Made by a program: the position numbers and the translations under genes. Below are positions 46,853 to 51,915 of a stretch of 51,915 bases of DNA, in pieces (the first letter of the stretch is position 1; each line of letters starts with the position of its first letter). This stretch comes from Sphaerodactylus townsendi. Lineage: Eukaryota. Under the pieces are notes generated by a model. That model saw only the letters and a program-made list of their open reading frames with translations. It ran no database searches and was not told the origin of the DNA. Where the stretch lies: positions 20,460,001-20,511,915 of the forward strand of contig NC_059440.1 of assembly GCF_021028975.2 (NCBI RefSeq), in the 5' to 3' direction.

Positions 46853-49800
46853 TCAATCTGACACATTTTTCTTCTTGGTGTAGCTCTGGATAGATATCTG
46901 GAAGTGTTCGTGGGTGTTGAGCTCCGATCGGAAGAGGATGATGTACATTTTGGGGATGAAGTAGCCTCCGAAGACCCCATACAAGGTGAGGAGAAGGAAG
47001 GCAACATAGATGGCTGGTACGTACTTGCCACGGTAGATGCTAAAGATGGTGGCGTAGGAGATTAAGGAGACAAAATAGATGACCAGGCTGAAAGTCGTAC
47101 ACTTGGCTTCGTTGTAGCTGTTGGGCAGATCTTTGCCCATGTAGCTGATGACAAAGCAGAAGATAGCCAACAATGCATTGTACACCATCCCTATAACAGC
47201 AGTCACATTGCTGTGGTTTTTGCACTCCAGAAGGATCATTTGGTCAGCCACATCATAATTCTTGTTGGGAAACGATGGGTTGATGCATAAGAAGATAAGG
47301 GACATTATCACCTGTAGACCCGTGCAAACTCCAATGAAAATGCCACACCCGTGATGATTCTTCCAGGCCTCGTACAGGCCTGGAGCCTTGGAGGCCATCT
47401 TGAAGATCAAGAGGATCTGGAAGGAGCGGGCTGCCATGCAGGCCAAGCAGACATTAAAGCTGACTGTGTACATCGGTAGCCGCAGCATGCAGGTGTACCT
47501 GCTGGGGGGCCCAAAGTTACAATACATGCTGACGTTGGCACAGGCCAGAGCGCTCAACATGACGAAACACAACCAGCCGCCGGCTGACCTCACTACAGGC
47601 GTGTGCACTTTCCGAACAAAGACAGCCAGGGTCCCGGCCAACAGCAAGAGCAACAGGGTTGTGGCGGTCAGCAGAACTTGAGCGATGCGGTCGCCCCAGT
47701 CCAGGAACACGGTGGCTCGGGGGAAGCAGGTCTCGCTTCTGGCTGGCGCCCACTGATCTTTCTGGCACCTCTGACAAGTATAGCGATCTGGAGAGGGGAA
47801 ATGAGTGGATGCAGACCTGTTGAATGTGGTAAGGGGGGGTCCGTGAGGGTCAGTGAAGCTGAGAGCAATGCCATAAGTGTCGGCGATCTCTCTGGTGGGA
47901 GATACCTTTGAATGATAAGCAGAGGGCACGGAGGCTAAAGCACAGCAGAGCGTCCCCAAGCACGAGGCAGGAAACAGTGTACAGTCCTTCACTTCCAACA
48001 ATAAGGGGCCTAGACTCTATGATGAGACTGAGGCCCCTTCCGCACACACAAAATAATGCGTTTTCAAACCACTTTCACAACTGTTTGCAAGTGGATTTTG
48101 CCATTCCGCACAGCTTCAAAGAGCAATGAAAGCAGTTTGAAAGTGCATTATTCTGCATGTGCGGAATGAGCCTCTAAGAAGTGAAGAAGCGAAGATTAAG
48201 GGGGGACACGATAGCTATGTTTAAATATTTGAAGGGATGTCCTGTCGAAGAGGGAGCAAGCTTGTTTTCTGCTGCCTCAGAAACTAGGACACGGAGTCAT
48301 GGATTCGAGGCGCAGGAAAAGAGATTCTACCTAAACATTAGGGAGAACTTCCTGACCGTCAGGGCTGTTTGACCATGGAACCCTTCTTTGGAGGGTTTTA
48401 AACAGAGGCCATCTGACAGGGGTGCTTTGATTATGTGTTCCTGCATGGCAGGGGGTTGGACTTGATGGCCCCTGTGGAAGTTTCAGGGGGGGGGGGGGAT
48501 CATTTTCTCCTGGGGTGGCAAAACAGCTTGAATTGCTCCTATTTACATGCCAGCCTGTTTCAGAGGAAGGAGGAAGGGTTAGGGTTTTGCATTTTCATGC
48601 TCAGCCATCATGCACCTGGGCAAAGCCACAAGGTCCAGGGAAGGGAGGTAGAATAGGAGCAACCAGCTTCCCTTTCCTTGTGGGCTGCCCGATGTTGCTT
48701 CACTCACCGCTCCTGTTCAGGAAGGTTCCTGGTGAACAAGCCACACAGTCAAAACAGCACTGATGGATCCCCTGCTGTACTTTGTGCTCCCCCACTCCAC
48801 AGTCCTTGGAACAGATTGAGACAGGAACCTGTGGAAGAGAAGCAAAAAACCACGCGGCCAGAATGCTTCAACGTACAGATTCGAGTCTGTGTTAAACGCT
48901 GAATTGGCCCAAAGTATTTTGTTCGTTAAAGCCACCCAGAGAGGTCTTGAAAATGGAATTAAACAGATTCGTGGAAAAGACGTTCCCCAGATGCTACTAG
49001 CCATGGTAACTGTAGGGATCCTCCATATCGAGAGACCGTTAACCTCTCAATTAGCCACCAGCCCTCTGGAGAACAATGGGATGGGAGGAGATCAGTGGTG
49101 GGATCCAAAAATTTTAGTAACAGGTTCCCAGGGGGGTGGGATTCAAACAGTGGCGTAGCGCCAATGGGGCTGGGTGGGGCACGACGGGGGCATGGCCGGG
49201 CATTCCGGGGGCAGGGCATTAATAATTTCTCTGTTACTGAAAAAAACTCTTACTGTAAAAAAAAAAGTTCCTAATTTCCAGCTGGTATCTTTCTGTCCAT
49301 AATTTAAACTCATTATAGCAAGTCCTATTGTCTACTTCCAACAGAAACAACGACTTCTCCTCTAATTGACTGCCTGTCAAATACTTAATACTTTCAAATA
49401 CTTAATTTTGTTTCTAGAAATCAAAAGGATACTTTCCTTAAACAAGGAACTTTACCATATTTCTAAAACATGTTTTTAAAACAGCCCAACAGGGAGAATT
49501 ATCCCGTTTTCTACCTTTGCTAATCAGCCACATAGGAAACAACAGGACTTTATGATTTTTGGACCTAGTGGAATTTCTAACGGAAAAGCAGACCCAATTA
49601 GTAACCCCCTCTCGGCACACACAAATAATTAGTAACCCACTCTCAGGAACTGGTGAGAACCTGCTGCATCCCACCTCTGGAGGAGATCCACCTGTATGTA
49701 GCCTTACATCTTCCAGATGTTCTCAATTTTACCTGGTTATCACTGGTGTGCCACTGCAGTTTGCCTTTATGGATGGTCAGGTCAGGTGGATTAGTGCTGA

Positions 49801-51592
49801 ATGAGCCAATCGCATCATAGGACCAATTCTGGCCTGCCCACTTCCACAAGACAAGGTCGTAGCCTGTCAGAGGGTCTCCGTTGCTGTCAAAATAGATCTG
49901 TCTGCCTTTCACGCTGAAGTTTGCTTTTTTGATTTCTTTTAGGAGCTGCAATAGAGAGTTTGTGTGTGTGTGTCACTGTCCAAGGGTCTATATATTCTGT
50001 AAATTTGGTTCTATTCCCAAATCGCTGTTGTGGTTCTACCCCTCCATCCACCCATCCCGCGAACATCAAAATCTAGCAATTTACACAGGAATGGCACTTT
50101 TTTCCCCAGATCAGATAACCTTTGACGGCATAGTACAAAGATTTAAAATAAGAGACAAAAATTAAAATACAAAATTCAAAACAAAATTAAGATGAATTGT
50201 TTATGACCGTGCTGGCTGTTTGCTTTAGACTAGAGCAGTGGTGGCGAACCTATGGCATGGGTGCCAGAGGTGGCAAGAGCTCCTTCTCTGTAAGGTTAAT
50301 AATAATAGAGTGCCTCAATAACTAATAGGCTGGATATCTCAATACTTTGGCTCGATTATTAGCATTAAACCTAAGACCTAGTTTTGGGGAAGCAGTGTAG
50401 GTAACCCTGTTAAGTGCTGTTAAACCCCACGGATTTTCTTGCAAAGAACTAAATCACTATCCTTTACCTGGGAGGAAGCTCGGTTGCTGGCAATGGGGCT
50501 TGCTTCTGAGTAAACCCTCCTAGGGTCATGATTCACCCGTTGGAAGAGTTGCATGGTTGCTTCAAAGCAAAGCCACCGACTACCACCAAGCTTACTCCTG
50601 AGTAACACATGCCTCGGAGCCAACCGTTTTTTCTAAACTAAAACCTCAGTATTCAGGTTAAATTGCTGTGTTGGCACTTTGTGATAAATAAGTAGGTTTT
50701 GGGTTGCAGTTTGGGCACTCGGTCTCGAAAAGGTTCGCCATCACTGGACTAGAGCATCCCTGGATTCGTTGTTTAACAGAGTCTTCTGCCGGTCTGTCCA
50801 GCACTCTAAGGGATTGGAGAAATGGATACCCACCTGCCAGGGATAGACGGTATCCTTGCGGCACACCCCTGTTTGGCAATCCAGCAAGTGGTGAAGGCTG
50901 TGCGCTACGGCGTAGACGGCAGAATACACATTAAAACAACCCTGAGTGTCATACGGTGATGGGTTCAGTAAATACTGTAGATTTCGTGCATGTAACTGGG
51001 AACAGAGCTGGCTGCAGGTCTCACTGCAACTCTGAGAACACTTGGCCTCGATTCCGTGACTCTCCGAACGCCTGGAAGCAGCCTCAAACTCCCACAGTCT
51101 CGGGAGCGGCGCATGCATGATCGTCACCCCGATCACCGTGCCGATGCCACGAATGCCCTGGATTTCCCAGAGTTCTTGGGACAATGACCAATCCTCAGTG
51201 CCCAACCACACCTTCCCGGTCACGTTCTGCCATACAACCTCCTGGAAGAAAACTCTAGCGCTGCGCTTGTTGGCGAAGACGATGGCAACTTTGGCGTTGA
51301 AAACCCGTAACTCTTTCACATTTACCCTCAGGTCTGGGTTGCTGGTCTCCATGGAGATGATTCCGTGGTAGGCAAAGCAGATGCCTTCCTTGATGGCCAG
51401 CTCACGCAGTGTCTGCAGGCCCTGGCGGCCATAGGTGTTGTCGCTGCCCACCGCTACCACCCACGTCCATTGGAAAAATTTCAGCAGGTTCATTAAGGCT
51501 TCTGCTTGCAGGCGGTCGCTGGGGATGGTGCGCAAGAACGAGGGGTGGGCACGTTTCAGGCTCAGCATGGGACTGCTGGCTTCGTAGCTGAC
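46853..51592 (-). CDS. TAS1R1: Taste receptor type 1 member 1 (umami class C GPCR), 5'-partial. Exons 3-6 (minus) 51592-50834, 49945-49733, 48828-48708, 47787-46853
   Basis: Venus-flytrap motifs ([35 protein letters not shown]), cysteine-rich domain ([10 protein letters not shown]), and 7TM with [14 protein letters not shown]. No stops or frameshifts in the four exons. Position next to ZBTB48 matches TAS1R1 synteny. Confidence 0.93.
48032..48172. mobile_element. 141-bp palindromic MITE (Harbinger-like)
   Basis: Same family as 34224-34364, opposite internal orientation. Confidence 0.78.
48178..48472 (+). mobile_element. CR1 LINE 3' fragment
   Basis: Encodes [17 protein letters not shown]...[16 protein letters not shown] (CR1 ORF2 C-terminus). 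Confidence 0.85.
49093..49679. mobile_element. 587-bp hAT MITE in TAS1R1 intron 4
   Basis: TIR CAG(T/A)GGTGGGAT; perfect TSD GAGGAGAT; termini related to the 12252 element. Confidence 0.88.
50236..50746. mobile_element. 511-bp hAT MITE in TAS1R1 intron 3
   Basis: TIR CAGTG(G/A)TGGCGAACCT; perfect TSD GACTAGAG. Confidence 0.9.
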
Positions 51593-51875
51593 CTGGAGGA
51601 GTGGGGTAGAGCAAGCCAAAACAAGGCAGGAAAGAATGTTGGTGGTAATGATGGAGAAGGCGCAACTACGTGAGTAGTCTACCCCATAGCAACATTCCAT
51701 AGGTGAAAAGAGGCACACTGTGCTGTACAGGTCTCCCTTCCGTATAACTGGGGTTAGGGGTGCGGAGTCCCAAACAATCTGGAAATCCATGTAAATGTTT
51801 TTGGCCCTCCCTTCATACCACAGAATAACAGCCCCATCCAAACAACTCCCACCCACTCCCAACAATAATCTAGTG

Positions 51876-51915
51876 CCGTGGTGGCGAACCTTTGGCACTC
51901 CAGATGTTATGGACT
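51876..51915. mobile_element. Start of another hAT-like MITE, cut by the window edge
   Basis: CCGTGGTGGCGAACCTTTGGCAC following an ATCTAGTG target-like site. Confidence 0.55.

Noticed and set aside
1-51915. CRISPR array, operon, prophage, defence system or intact transposase/reverse transcriptase
   Set aside because: Spliced vertebrate locus; no repeat-spacer array and no autonomous element ORF, only non-autonomous or truncated repeats.

Overview
This is eukaryotic (vertebrate) genomic DNA, not prokaryotic, so most of the six-frame ORF track is noise. The repeat content (tRNA-headed SINEs with (CTT)n tails, 5S-headed SINEs, CR1, hAT MITEs) points to a squamate, most likely a gecko (inference). 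I spliced five protein-coding genes by hand, and the frames close across every junction. They are DNAJC11 (+, last 10 coding exons, 409-8499), PHF13 (-, complete, 310 aa), KLHL21 (+, complete, 593 aa), ZBTB48/TZAP (-, complete, 700 aa) and TAS1R1 (-, exons 3-6). This is the conserved human 1p36.31 block, except that I find no THAP3 coding sequence between DNAJC11 and PHF13. An orphan CpG/ETS/YY1 promoter-like island sits where the THAP3 promoter would be. I see no clearly new biological system. The best leads are: the orphan promoter and apparent THAP3 loss; TAS1R1 ligand-site substitutions; a SPIN-type horizontally transferred MITE; a Penelope-like inverted repeat with a decayed hammerhead core; and several ZBTB48 features (GC-AG intron, frame-preserving intron, uORF, promoter tandem repeat). 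Comparisons to human proteins and repeat consensuses are from memory, not from searches. Repeat boundaries without TSDs are approximate. There is one 214-N assembly gap (6272-6485).
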